The position numbers and the translations under genes are program-made. From the NCBI RefSeq assembly GCF_041956535.1, contig NW_027192205.1, positions 372,085 to 436,084 on the forward strand: 64,000 nt of DNA, in the 5' to 3' direction. Below, piece after piece: positions 38,726-51,142 of this stretch. Source of the stretch: Calcarisporiella thermophila CBS 279.70 (taxonomy: Eukaryota; Fungi; Calcarisporiellomycota). The notes below the pieces were generated by a model. That model worked only from the letters and a program-made list of their open reading frames with translations, ran no database searches and was not told where the DNA came from. The first letter of the stretch is position 1; each line of letters starts with the position of its first letter.

Positions 38726-40538
38726 CTATGCTTTGAACACCAGGGAGCACCCATCATCCGAGGCGGTAATTATAGTACTTCCATCGCTAGTGGAATCGAA
38801 CAAAATATGAAAAAGTTAGTGATGAAATCCATAGGATTAGCGAATAAACAATCTTACCTTGATACTACAAAACCAAGCACAGTGTCCTGATGTCCCATCC
38901 ATTTATGCACACAACTGCCAGTACGAGCGTCCCACATACGTAATGTGCGATCAGCGGAACATGTGGTAATAAGCGGATTGTTCTCATTCCAATGAAGCTT
39001 AACAATCGCATCCTATTTAATTGTATAGATTTAAGCAATAGGTCAATATGGATTTAAAGTAAAATAAGGTATATACATCATGTTCGCATGTTTGCCGTAG
39101 ACGCATTGTCGTAACATCCCAAATGCAGAGCTTGCCATCTACTGATGCAGTAGCTGCCAAAGGCATTGTGTTGCAAAATCCAACTGACTCAACAGAGTCT
39201 GAATGATTTTCAAATGATGCAACAATCTAGTATGTAAAATTTAAATATAATTCTCGATGGATGTAGTTAATGAAATATAGCAATACGTACGTTGCCATTA
39301 TTTAGATTAACTAGTTTTGCCGTCGAATCTGTTGATCCTGTCAATGCAAGTGAAGCATCCTTGTTTACGGCAACACATGTGATGCTTTCCTGATGAAAAC
39401 GGGCATCTTCGCTAGACAAACGAAGAATTGTTGCACCGGTCTTTGGGTCCCATACGATCAAAGAGCCATCTTCTGAAACGGTTACTATCTTCTTTCCTGG
39501 AAATTCAATTAATAAAGATTGGCATAAATTAGACGTAAGACCATCTAAAATTATTTTTATATCCTACCATCAGGAGTAAATAATCCAGCTGTAACTGGTG
39601 CAGAATGACCAGCAAAAACTTGCATCACATTTCCAGAGGGCACTAAAGTATATGAGCATTTAATAATGAGAGCTATTGAAGATGATATGATAATGCTTAC
39701 TCTGCCACATCCAAACTGTCCCGTCTGAAGATCCAGCAAGAAGAACATATCCTCTTGGATGCCATTGAATCCACTAAAAATGTTTTCATTATTTCATTAT
39801 TATTTCATATTTTGGGATTATGCATTAGTGACATCTGAATAAACTTACCACAACTTCGTCAGGACCTTCCACTGAATTGATAAATTCACCATTTGAGACT
39901 TTCCAAAGCCTTACTTTTCCATCCATTCCTCCACTGGCTACATACTCGCCATCACTACTGAATGCAACCGAAGTTACCGAATCCGTATGTCCTCCAAATT
40001 CAAATAATTGCTCTCCACTATCTGCTCGCCACATATAGCTCTTATCGTCTCCTCCACCGGTCACAATTATATTTTCATGTTTGGGGTTAATATCGATAGC
40101 ATAAATTGGTTCTATATGAATAGAATGAACATATATATCTACAGATTATAAGGTGACAGATATTAATACCTTTGTGCGCGAAGAAACCTTGCACAGAATC
40201 ATCAACGAGTTCAACCATATCTTCGTTTCCTTCAATTGGTTTTGTCCCATGGAATGTAAACTCCTCATCTATGAAGAGATATAATCGCAAGGTAATTTAA
40301 TAAATTGGAAATATTATGGTAAACATGCGAAATAGGTTGCGAAACCTTCATCATCGTCATCTTCCATAGGTGCGGGATCGTCTTGGTTAATAATTTCTTC
40401 CTCTATAGTCTCACCGTCTTCGATATATTCTTCCCCCTCATAAGCATCATGCTAGCATTGTAAAAAAAAAATGTTAGTATTTTTCTGAAACAGTTGTTAA
40501 TGGATCGATTAGCGTACTTTGCTATTCTCCTGCTCCAT
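38726..40538 (-). CDS. SQT1: WD40 ribosome assembly chaperone Sqt1/AAMP; multi-exon
   Basis: Acidic N-terminus, [55 protein letters not shown], and [12 protein letters not shown] at the end. Confidence 0.88.
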
Positions 40539-40724
40539 TATAATGTGATCTAGAGATGTGAATTAGTATATGATTATTAATTATTTTAAAACTTAAATAT
40601 CGAGAAAACAATTGACTGCTTATGGCTTGGCTCTTTCGGAGTGAAGATAAAACTAAATTGGATCGAAACGCCAAAAAACCATGGTTATTAAATTTCAGAA
40701 AATACGCTATTATTAATTTGAAAA

Positions 40725-41172
40725 ATGACTTCTGACATTGCTACTCTCTCGAAAGAATTTCAGGAAATTCGGAACTCCAATTCTCAGCAAAATATTGAAC
40801 GGAAAAAAACTGTATTAAAGGCATGATCATGACAACATTTATTTTCTTTTGAACTCTGTCCAAACCAATTTTCGACTCTTTTATAATATCTAGGAGTTGA
40901 AGGATGTGCTTGGAATTCCTGGAACTCCTGCGTACAAAGTGATTCAAAACCTTGGTGAACCTGACGAATTAACTCATGAGCTTGGAGACATCTCTGCCTC
41001 ATTAATGCCTGGTCCTGTATTAAAAGGTGGCCGACAGGCTGACAGTGAACAGGATTCTGGAAGCTATTACCTTAACTATCACGCAACAAACAAAATGGAC
41101 AGTTTGTGGTTTAAGGTCAACGCGGCAAGTGAAAAGATCGAGGGCTCAGGATTTAGAAGTGTTAATATCTGA
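40725..41172 (+). CDS. Small hypothetical protein (about 124 aa); 2 exons
   Basis: Exon 1 MTSDIATLSKEFQEIR...RKKTVLK splices to ELKDVLGIPGTPAYKVIQNLGEPDE...YYLNY....DSLWFKV. The intron ends at AG 40893. Confidence 0.65.
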
Positions 41173-41539
41173 GTATCTTATTTTTATCTTTGTATCTCAT
41201 CAGGGTAAACTAGTGAAATAGTAAAAATATATGATATAAAGTAACAAACGAGAATTATGTACGATATTAATATAGTATTTTGTACGTGTTGCATTTGATT
41301 TCTCGTATATTATTATGTAAACTCTCATATACATAAGGAAAATATACATCTGTTATTGTAATTAGGAGTTATCAGCTGCTGCTGCTAACATTTGATCCGA
41401 GAGATAGTATCCAGGGTGTCAAAAACATATGCTATTTGCATCATATTTATTATGAAAATATGTTGATACGCTCTCCGATCTATATCGAAGTTTACTCTAA
41501 ATACAAGTTGTTCATTAACACTGAAATAGTTAAAAAAAG

Positions 41540-41553
41540 AGTCACATGTGACT
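41540..41553. promoter_or_regulatory. 14-bp palindrome AGTCACATGTGACT (double Homol D-like) upstream of RPS4
   Basis: Perfect palindrome made of two AGTCACA half-sites, 76 bp upstream of the ATG of a ribosomal protein gene. Confidence 0.5.
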
Positions 41554-41629
41554 TTATTAACATCCTCGACATTGAATAGGGAGTAAAATCGAGCACTCCT
41601 TTCCTCTTCTCGTAAGATTAATAAAAAAG

Positions 41630-42776
41630 ATGGTGGTAAGTCTCATAAAATGTTTCCTGATGGATGGATGGTAGATTGGGATAGATGACGAGAAGAGATG
41701 AGCGATGTGGATGAATGTATGAGGATAAAGGAAAATAGTAATATTGGATGGTTTATACAAATTTTCTCGAGAACTCGATTTTGGAAATTTTCAATTAATT
41801 TGATCTTAGGCATCGCTAAGCTTTATTTTTTTTCTTCTTTTATTAGCGTGGACCTCGCAAGCATTTGAAGCGACTTGCAGCCCCCAAGCATTGGATGCTT
41901 GATAAATTGACGGGATGCTATGGTAAGTTCTCGTTATCTCTAATTTTCTAAAAATCTTATAGGTTATTAATTGCACTATAACATTTCTCCACAATCAATT
42001 TAGCCCCTCGTCCTTCTCCTGGTCCCCACAAGGTAATAATCGGAATAAGATTATATTTTCTCGAAGAAATTTCAATTAAATTTCAAATATAATCTTGTTA
42101 GTTACGTGAATGCCTTCCACTTATCGTTTTCCTGCGCAATCGCTTGAAATATGCACTGAATGGAAAGGAAGTTCAAAGCATCCTTATGCAGCGCCTTGTT
42201 AAAGTTGATGGTAAAGTGCGCACAGACTCTACTTATCCAGCAGGGTTTATGGATGTGATAACTATCGAAAAAACTGGTGAACATTTCCGCCTTATTTATG
42301 ATGTCAAGGGCCGCTTCACCGTTCATCGTATTACTTCGGAGGAAGCAAGCTATAAGCTCTGCCGTGTGAAACGCGTACAATTGGGCTCAAAGGGAATCCC
42401 TTACCTCGTTACCCATGATGGCCGCACAGTCCGTTATCCTGATCCTTTGATTAAAGTTAATGATACCATTCGTCTTGATCTTGAGACCGGCAAAATCTCA
42501 GACTTCGTTCATTTTGAAGTCGGGAACGTTTGCATGATCACAGGCGGACGCAATATGGGTCGTGTTGGAGTTATAACACATCGTGAGCGTCACATTGGTG
42601 GGTTTGATATCGTGCACATTAAGGATTCACTTGACCGTCAGTTTGCGACACGTCTTTCCAACGTGTTTGTCATTGGACAAGGCAACAAGCCTTGGGTATC
42701 GTTGCCCAAGGGCAAAGGCGTTAAACTCACAATTGCGGAGGAAAGGGATAGAAGACGCCAAGCTGCTCAGCAATAA
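41630..42776 (+). CDS. RPS4: 40S ribosomal protein eS4; 4 exons (first coding exon ATGGTG only)
   Basis: MV|[37 protein letters not shown], and [21 protein letters not shown]. Confidence 0.98.
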
Positions 42777-43223
42777 AGCTTGTTAGTTTTCAGTTGTGTT
42801 TATTTTTTTTTTTCCTAATATACATCGTCTCAATATAAATAAATAAATAAATTCCTATACATTTCATTTTACCAATATTCCCCTACTAATAATTAGAATT
42901 TTACTGTGGATTTGAGATCAGCAGAGATGAATTCATGAAACCGTAGTGTCATAGCTAAAATCTAGAGTAAGGTAGGGTTTACCAGAGTTAGGGGTTTCGG
43001 TGTAGGCTTAAACAGACAAGTTTATCGATATTAGTTACGGTATTAAAATCCTTTTGCACTTGCAGAATGTACTCCATCTTCTATTACTTATATCGTATTT
43101 AAAATCCGACACCAAATTGCGCGGCACTTTGTGGCTGAAAATTATGCAGAATAAAAGAGATTCTTCGCGAATTTTTCCATAGCATGATCTAATTCGCAAT
43201 TGATCATATTGAAATCTTAAATA

Positions 43224-44277
43224 ATGTCCTATAATTACGGTCAACCTCCTTATGGTCAACCCCCTCAACAATATGGCCAACCACCACAACAACAGTGGGG
43301 CCCTCCTCCTCCACAACAGGGGGGTCAACAGTATGGTCAACAACAGCAATACCCTCCCCCACCTTCGCAAGGACAACCTGGTGGCTATGGTGGAAGTGCT
43401 GGCGGTTACCCCCCTCCACAAGGAGGCTATCCACCTCCAAGTGGTCCTCGTGAGTTGCTCTTTTGAGATTCTTATTTTTTTGATCTTTTTAGTTTAATAT
43501 TTTGCATTAAATGTATTGAATATAGCCCCACCTGCGAGCAATCAACAAAATCAACTTTTAATGTGGTTTAAAGCCGTTGATAGCGATAATTCTGGATATC
43601 TGACGGTTGAAGAACTTCAACGTGCTCTTATTAATGGTGATGATTTTGATTCAATGAAAATAATTCGAAATCCTCTCACTTTAACTCTTAATCTCCAATA
43701 TTAGGTGACTGGAGCCCATTCAACATAGAAACATGTCGCCTCATGGTTAACATGTTTGACACAGACAATTCGGTAAAGCACTGAGTTGGGGTCAAATGGG
43801 ATCCAAAATATTTTCATATTCGACCTTATTTCTAATCAAATCCACTCTAGGGTACGATCAATTTTCAAGAATTTGCTGGCCTCTGGAAATATATTGAAGA
43901 TTGGAAGCGGCTGTTCCAAACATTTGATACTGACAAGAGTGGGACGATTAATGCGCAGGAACTACAGAATGCACTTCGAACCTTTGGGTATAACTTATCG
44001 CCCAGTTTTATTGACTTGTTGATCAAGAAGTTCGACAAATATGCTGGGACTAAGAACAAGACAGGCGCTAGAGATGTGACATTTGACTCGTTTGTGCAGG
44101 TGAATATCACTAATGAAAACCCAATAATTTTAGCTCTGTTGCTTATGCAAATAATATTAGGCCTGCGTAACAGTTAAGACACTCACCGATGCCTTCCGCC
44201 GTTATGATGGAGATCATGATGGTTGGATACAAATTAACTATGAAACCTTCCTTGAGCTGGTTGTCAATAATCGCTAG
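43224..44277 (+). CDS. PEF1: Penta-EF-hand protein (peflin/ALG-2-like); 5 exons
   Basis: G/P/Y/Q-rich N-terminus. EF hands DSDNSGYLTVEE, DTDNSGTINFQE, DTDKSGTINAQE and DGDHDGWIQINYE. Confidence 0.9.
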
Positions 44278-44420
44278 TTTCCTCTTCTACATGGGGATAA
44301 TTTTTATACATTTAAGGCTTTTTCATTGGCTCTAACGCTATAATATATTCTTAAACTTCTGATACATATTCGTAACTTGTAAAATGAGGTTGACAGATTG
44401 AATTGATATATGATAAAAAA

Positions 44421-46645
44421 ATGTTAAATTTGTTTTCACATCTCGCTTCTTATTTGTTACTGATTATCCTGATACTGGTCGCTCTTGTAGGTGCTTCTCT
44501 AACAGATGATAATTTTGATGCAGAGATTGTGCGTGGAACTTGGTATTATATTTAATTAAATATTAATTTAGCCTCGATAACAAAAGGATTCTCATACTAA
44601 TAACTGTTCAAACTTACAAAGGATTGTTAAATTTTTCGCTCCGTGGTGCCCACACTGCCAAAATTTAGGTATGGTTTAACAGTTCATCAAATATATTTTT
44701 TATGTATATTTGTTTAGATCATATTAATTTTTAGCGCCTACTTGGCAGCGATTACAAGACGAACTCAAGGAATATGAAAACTCTCACAACTTTCATATTT
44801 CTGAAGTCGACTGCTCTCTGTACCGATGTAAATTATCGAATATTCTTCAATTCAGTAGTTTTGATAAACATATAAGATTATTACAGTCACTTGCAAAAAA
44901 AATGGCATTTCCGGGTTGCCTACAATGCTCTTGTAGGTTTATATTCTGCTTTTCATTTAGCTTTCGCGTGTTGTACTGTTTTTTTTTTTTAACTAGGTTC
45001 CAAGACGGAGAGCTAATTGATAGCTATGCTGGGAAACGCGATTATGAATCTCTCTCACAATATATTAACTCCAAACTCTCGAGTATTAATCCACCAGCTG
45101 CTTCACCCAATAATATGATGAGCCATTCTACAACACATGAACCTAGTTTAGTATTAAATAATCCCTTGGGCGAAGTTATACAGCTTAATAGGGGAAATTT
45201 CGATAAGGAGATAGTGCAGAATCGCCCCTGGTTCATCGAGTTTTTTGCACCGTGGTGTGGGCACTGCAAAAACCTTGCACCTGTGTGGGAAGAACTTGGT
45301 AAACAGCTTAAAGGACAGGTCAATGTCGGGAAAGTCGATTGTACCGTGGAGAGTAGTCTATGTAAGCAAATGAATGTTCGGGGTTACCCCACGCTTATAT
45401 TTTTTATGGATGGAGAACGGATGGAGTATAAGGGTAAAAGAGATTTGGAGGTATTAAGAAAGTATGCTACTCGGATTATCAAGTATGTCAGCAGCTTTTT
45501 AGCGTATAACTTACCTCTTTAGTGATGATCTAATATATAATTTCTTTATTACCTCTAGACCCCCAATTTTGGAAACATCTCTATCAGATCTATCGACCCT
45601 AAGCGATAGATATGAAGTATATTTCCTATACTTATATGATGATGATATAACTACAATTCATGTAAGCTCTCCTAACCACATTGCATAACTCAGTCTTTTG
45701 TGCTCATTATCCAATTTCTCAAATTAGAAAACCATTTCATCAATCGCTCGCAAATACATTGACAGAGCTCACTTTTTCCAATCAAAAGATCCCACTCTCT
45801 TCTCTAAATATGGGATTTCTAAACTTCCCACGCTTTTGGTATTTAAGGACGATAAATATGAGCAGGCACCTTCACTAATGCAGGATGCCCTTAGAGCATG
45901 GGTCCGCAATGTGCAATTCCCACTTGTTACTGAGCTCCGATATGATAATAGCGAAGATCTGCTTGGCATTGAAGGTCTAATTGTTCTTTCGATATTGGAT
46001 AACGAAAAAGAAGCTTCTACGGAAGAGCAGAAGTCACGACTAAAAGCCCTTGCAAGAGATTTTAAAGCAGAATATGAGTCTGAAAAAGGCGAAAATAGGC
46101 GAGTTCAATGGGCCTGGTTGGACGGAAAGCAATGGGCGAACTATGTTTACAGGATGTATGGGATTCGCCAGCGGGATCTACCGAGGGTAGTAATAGTTGA
46201 CTCGAAGGTAAAATTGTGCTCGACTAGGATTTGTAGAGTTTGTATTGCGCGTGCCCAACTCTTCCATTTATAATTTTAGAATCTCTTTTACTGGGACATT
46301 GATCTTGAGGGTGCCGCCCTTTCCACGAACAGAAGAATCATGGACACACTATTAGCTATCCAAAAAGGAATTATCAAGGTATTTTCCCAGAGGCCCAATT
46401 ATAAATAATAGTATCTCAATTACTCTAAAACTTAGCCTAAGCACTCTCTCGGAATTATTGAGAGGGGAGCCATTCGCTTCTACGGGATGTTGAACGAACT
46501 TGGATCCTATATTTATTCGCACCTTGTCCTATTCATTGCTATACTTCTCTTGGCTACCCTTGGGCTCTATATGTTTTTAAAATCCGATAGGTCAATTTCA
46601 GATCCGCGACGATGGGCTGAGAATCAACAAATCAAGACGAAATAA
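44421..46645 (+). CDS. Membrane-anchored PDI/thioredoxin-domain ER protein (Eps1/TMX-like); multi-exon
   Basis: Signal peptide, FFAPWCPHC and FFAPWCGHC active sites, b-type domains, and a C-terminal TM helix with a short Lys-containing tail. Confidence 0.88.
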
Positions 46646-47389
46646 CGTTTATTTAGAATATAAATGAATGCTCACTATTCATTCTGCTCATTATATCGAT
46701 GGTTGTTTTTTCGAAGAAAAGCGTATTTGGCCTAGTAGGCGTTTCAGGAGTGTGGTTTCTCCATCGCCGAAATTAGCAATGGAAAAAACAATAGACATTG
46801 AAGTCGGCTTTTATTGGCCATTTGATTTATCTGAAAGCTGATAGATCTCTCTGAATGTCGCTGGAAAAGGGAAGCCTTCCCAAAAATTTTCCAACACTTT
46901 TAACTCTGGGTTTGAATATCTTGTTTTCTTTGGCTATTCACTTTATTATTTTTTACTCAATCTCTCTTGTAGAAAAGCAATTCAATATTTTATTTTATTT
47001 TCATTGCTTTTATTGCCCACTCTGCAAAAGATCATCTAATTTCATTATTAGCTTAATCTCTCTTATAGATTTTATCAATTGCTCCTCATATAGATATCAT
47101 TTAAACGCCAGCACTAATCTTCTTGTGGAGGATTATACTGTTTGATCGTTCTTTCGCAAGCTTGCCAAGGAGGCGTGAGGATAATCTAGTATTTTCATCC
47201 TTTCAACCCTATTTTATGTCTTTTTACAAGCATTTGCAGGAAAAAGGTAACGATTTTTGTTTTAATCTACAAAAGATCATGATTCAATCATCAATGTGTT
47301 TCTACAAGACCTTTTCTTGATTGCCACTCATTATTGAAAGTGTTAGAAAACGGAAGGATCATTACCCACAACTTAAGCATTATATTCGA

Positions 47390-48672
47390 ATGGGCGAAAG
47401 TTCAGCTTCTAGTAATCGGAACACTGGTCCGCCACCAGAGTTTATTAAAAAACTATACAAGTAATTATATTTTTGCCCTTTTAAAATCCTCGCTCGAGTT
47501 TAACTCTCTATATGTCTAAAGCATGCTCGGAGACAAATCCATCGAGGATATTGTCTGTTGGGGGAAATACAATAATGCGGACACACTTGTTATCAAAAAT
47601 CCAAGTGAATTTCAGGCGCGAGTATTGCCACAACACTTCAAACACAACATTCACAGTTTTATCCGACAGCTGAATAAATACGACTTCAAAAAACTTAGAA
47701 ATGCGGATAGTCGATATGGGGATGGGGTAAATGTGCACTTGAGGTAAAAAGACACTAATTTGTATGACTTACAAGCAAAAACGTCGTAATGTTAGGCCTG
47801 GGAGTTTCAACACCCGAATTTTAAAAGAGATCAAATCTCAAACCCAGACACGATCAAGGTATTATCATGATTGCAATCCTCGCTTTTTATTATGTAAACT
47901 AACTTATAATTATTTCTAGCGTAAACTCACTACTACGCGACGTTCCAATTCAAGCACATCCCCTTTGCCATTGAGTGATCTCGCAACTCATTCCGAAGTT
48001 GAGCACCTACAAAGAATCTGCAACGAGGTGACTGCACACATCCAAGAACTTAGCACTGGTTATCTTCAACTTAAAGGGCAAGTAGATATAATCAGTGCGA
48101 AATTAGAGGCTCAAGATGAAAAGCTTCAACAGCTGGCAATGATGAGGCGAGTCGAGAGTGCGAATGGGAGCAGCGACGAAACGGGAAGCAGCGAAGGATT
48201 ATTGCAAAGAGGAAATATCAATCAAATGAAACCACATACTCACCCACAACTTAACAGCCCTCCCCCTCTCGACCACCTGAACTTTCCGATTCCCGCAGAA
48301 ACCATTCGTCCACTCCGGACCGTGCCTACACTCTCGATGATCACAAACATATTACACAATTCGCATGCTCATGGCCAGCAACCCGCAGCAGCCTATATTA
48401 CTTTGCCTATTCAGGAAGCTTCGGCACGAAATTATGTAGGCTTACAATCTTCGGTAACAGCAACAGGAAGCACAAGTATACCGACAACTGGAGAGTGTGA
48501 TACACACTTTGGGGAAGGATTCGATTTAACACCCACTTCAGCAGTAGGAAACCCGACCCGAGAGGGACAAGCTGCAACAGTGGGGGGCACGAGCTGGCTT
48601 ATTGATTTGCCGGCAGTAGAGGATCATTTTATGAGCATGACAGAGAAACAGCAAGAGAATGAAAAGGGCTAA
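47390..48672 (+). CDS. HSF-type DNA-binding transcription factor, Skn7-like DBD plus coiled coil, no receiver domain; 4 exons
   Basis: PEFIKKLYNML, VLPQHFKHNIHSFIRQLNKYDFKK, WEFQHPNFKR, IKRK, followed by a heptad-repeat region. Confidence 0.85.
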
Positions 48673-49659
48673 AATTTTGTTTGTGTTTATATTTTTTTTT
48701 TTTCATATTATTGAGGTTATGGAAGCGGTTTCTTCTTGTGTCAAATATGAGTCTTTGTAATTTGACTCCTGTCTAAGCGAATAAAGTATAAAGCTACCTC
48801 TAACCTTTGACCCATCATTATTGTTTGATAATATGGCGCGATAATAATGAACTGTTATGCAATTGTAACTATGCTCTATATTTTCATAGTTTATCAAATG
48901 ATTCTTTAAAACTTTTCTGCTCTATATGTAATATATGTATATGCACAGTTTTACACAAGGTCGAATAATTTTACCATATAAAAAATTGATAAAAAAGGCT
49001 TGAAAAGTTGTAAATATTGGGTAGTAGGAGTCGCTTTATTGTCCTGATAAAAAAACGTAGAGAGGTAGGTGAAAAGTGGCGTTGTGCTCTGAATAAAGCG
49101 AACTAAATGATGGAATCAAAAAAAAAAAATAAAAGCTTCATAAGAATTGGAGTGGATTTAATGAGTGATTCTAAATGTCATTGTTTTTTATGTTATATAT
49201 TCAAGCATTTATTGCTTTATTATGATAAATTTTCCAGATGACAGAATTATAAAAATTCTTAAATTCAAATGCCTAACATCTCTAGAAACAGAATGATTCA
49301 ACATCCTTTCGCAATGTATCCATATATGCTTGGAATAATATTACAAAAACTCTATTTTTATATATACATATTTATTTCTGCTTCATCTCAAAATGTAACT
49401 TAGGAGTATAGGGTTCGACCTACGAATCTGAAATTCTCAGGGTGTTGAAAATACCCAAGCGTGTATTATATCAATAATTTTTGCCAATAAGAGTATTTCC
49501 AGAGAGATGTCTATAGTAACAAGTTCCAAATAGAATAAAACGTTAATTTTATTGAGAGAGAGTATAAACGGAAAGATAGGATATTGACAAGAGTACCTAA
49601 TTATTAAAATGATTAGGTCAATATTTGAAGAGTAGTATATGTAAACTAATCGCTTACAT

Positions 49660-50058
49660 TTAGTCAAAGAGACCGAAGCCCATGTCTTCATCCTCCTCCT
49701 CCTCCTCCTCCTTCTTCTCCTCCTTCTTCTCCTCAGCGGCAGCAGCATCTCCACCGGCAGCACCGCCAGCAGCGGCACCACCAACAGCGGGTGCAGCAGC
49801 ACCAGAGCCAATGCTCGTGATCAAATCCTTGACGTCTTTGCCCTCAAGAGCTTTGGCGAAGATGCTGGCCCAAACAGGCTCGACTTCGATGTTAGCGGCC
49901 TTGACAAGAGTCTGGAGCTTGTCAGCCTAAATATATACAATATATCAATGTTGATAAATTTGAAAGGGTAACACTGTATTACTTACAGTGATCTCAACGC
50001 CATCATCGGCAAGGATCAGAGCAGCGTAAACAACAGCGAGTTCAGCGGGAGCGGCCAT
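49660..50058 (-). CDS. RPP1: 60S acidic ribosomal protein P1; 2 exons
   Basis: [24 protein letters not shown]|[29 protein letters not shown], ending [14 protein letters not shown]. Confidence 0.97.
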
Positions 50059-50365
50059 ATCTTCTTATGGGTGATGGATGGATGGATACAAATGTGTAAA
50101 CGCGCGCGCAAGGCAATTTAAGTTCCTGAGAACGGCTTTGGGCACGATGTGTTTTTCGTGAAGAAAAGAGAGGGTTCGACTCGAACTGCTAGAATGAGAA
50201 TTTTATTTTTCGCCATATGAGAGCACTGCGGCTTAGCATATTGTGGCTTATTAGATCGTTTTGCGAGCGTAAACAAATTCAGTTGAATATAGTTTCTATT
50301 TTTCCTCTTTTCGAACCAAGTTTTTTTGGAACCTTTAAATTTCATTTTCCTTTTGATAATCAAGC

Positions 50366-51142
50366 ATGTCTTTTCGCGGCGGAGGTAGAGGTGGAGGACG
50401 AGGTGGCTCATTTCGTGGTGGTAAGAATTACTTCATTTTTTGTGAAATTCGGATACATTGATAATTCAGTTCTCTCGTTTGGCTTAGGTCGCGGAGGAGG
50501 TCGTGGCGGATTCAGCAATGCTCCTCAAGGTCCTCCTGCCGAAGTTTTAGGTAATTCATTTTCTTAATTTTCAAGCGAATCCTTGCTAATTCAGTTATAA
50601 AATCCAGAGATGGGCTCTTTCCTTCATGCCTGTGAGGGTGAAATGGTTTGCCGGTCCATTAATCCCAAAATCCCATATTTCAATGCTCCCATATATCTTG
50701 AGAACAAAACGCAGATCGGAAAGGTCGATGAGATTCTAGGTCCTATAAATGAAGTGTACTTTACCGTTAAGCTGCAGGAGGGCATCGTTGCGTCGTCCTT
50801 CAAGTCGAATGATAAAGTGTACATTGGCTCTGACAAATTGTTGCCACTGGATAGATTCTTACCCAAGCCTAAAACTGCTGGTGCTAAAGGTAAACTTGCT
50901 TTGAAAATATTTATTGACCCGAAATGTATATTTATATTTTCTTTTTAGTTGGAAAACCCACTGGCATGCAAGGTATGAAACCTAGGGGTGGTCGTGGTGG
51001 TGCGCGGGGTGGTCGTGGAGGTTTCTCACGTGGAGGTGGAGGTGGCCGAGGAGGTTTTTCGCGCGGAGGAAGTCGTGGTGGTGGCGGTGGAGGTGGTCGA
51101 GGAGGTTTTTCGCGTGGTGGAGGTCGTGGACGTGGCCGCTAA
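50366..51142 (+). CDS. GAR1: H/ACA snoRNP protein Gar1; 4 exons
   Basis: RGG-rich termini flank the core [22 protein letters not shown]...[26 protein letters not shown]...[10 protein letters not shown]. Confidence 0.97.

Noticed and set aside
42965-43000. TAGGG/TTAGGGG-rich stretch upstream of peflin (Homol E or telomere-like)
   Set aside because: Only two imperfect units, too weak to call.
46855-47320. Hydrophobic short ORFs upstream of the HSF gene (similar ones at 661, 11067, 15249, 22300, 24142, 51209-51984 and 60637)
   Set aside because: They are F/I/L/K-rich translations of AT-rich UTR or intergenic DNA, often with non-ATG starts and no motifs.
49405-49460. GGTTCGACC B-box-like motif
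   Set aside because: No A-box or tRNA fold, consistent with chance.
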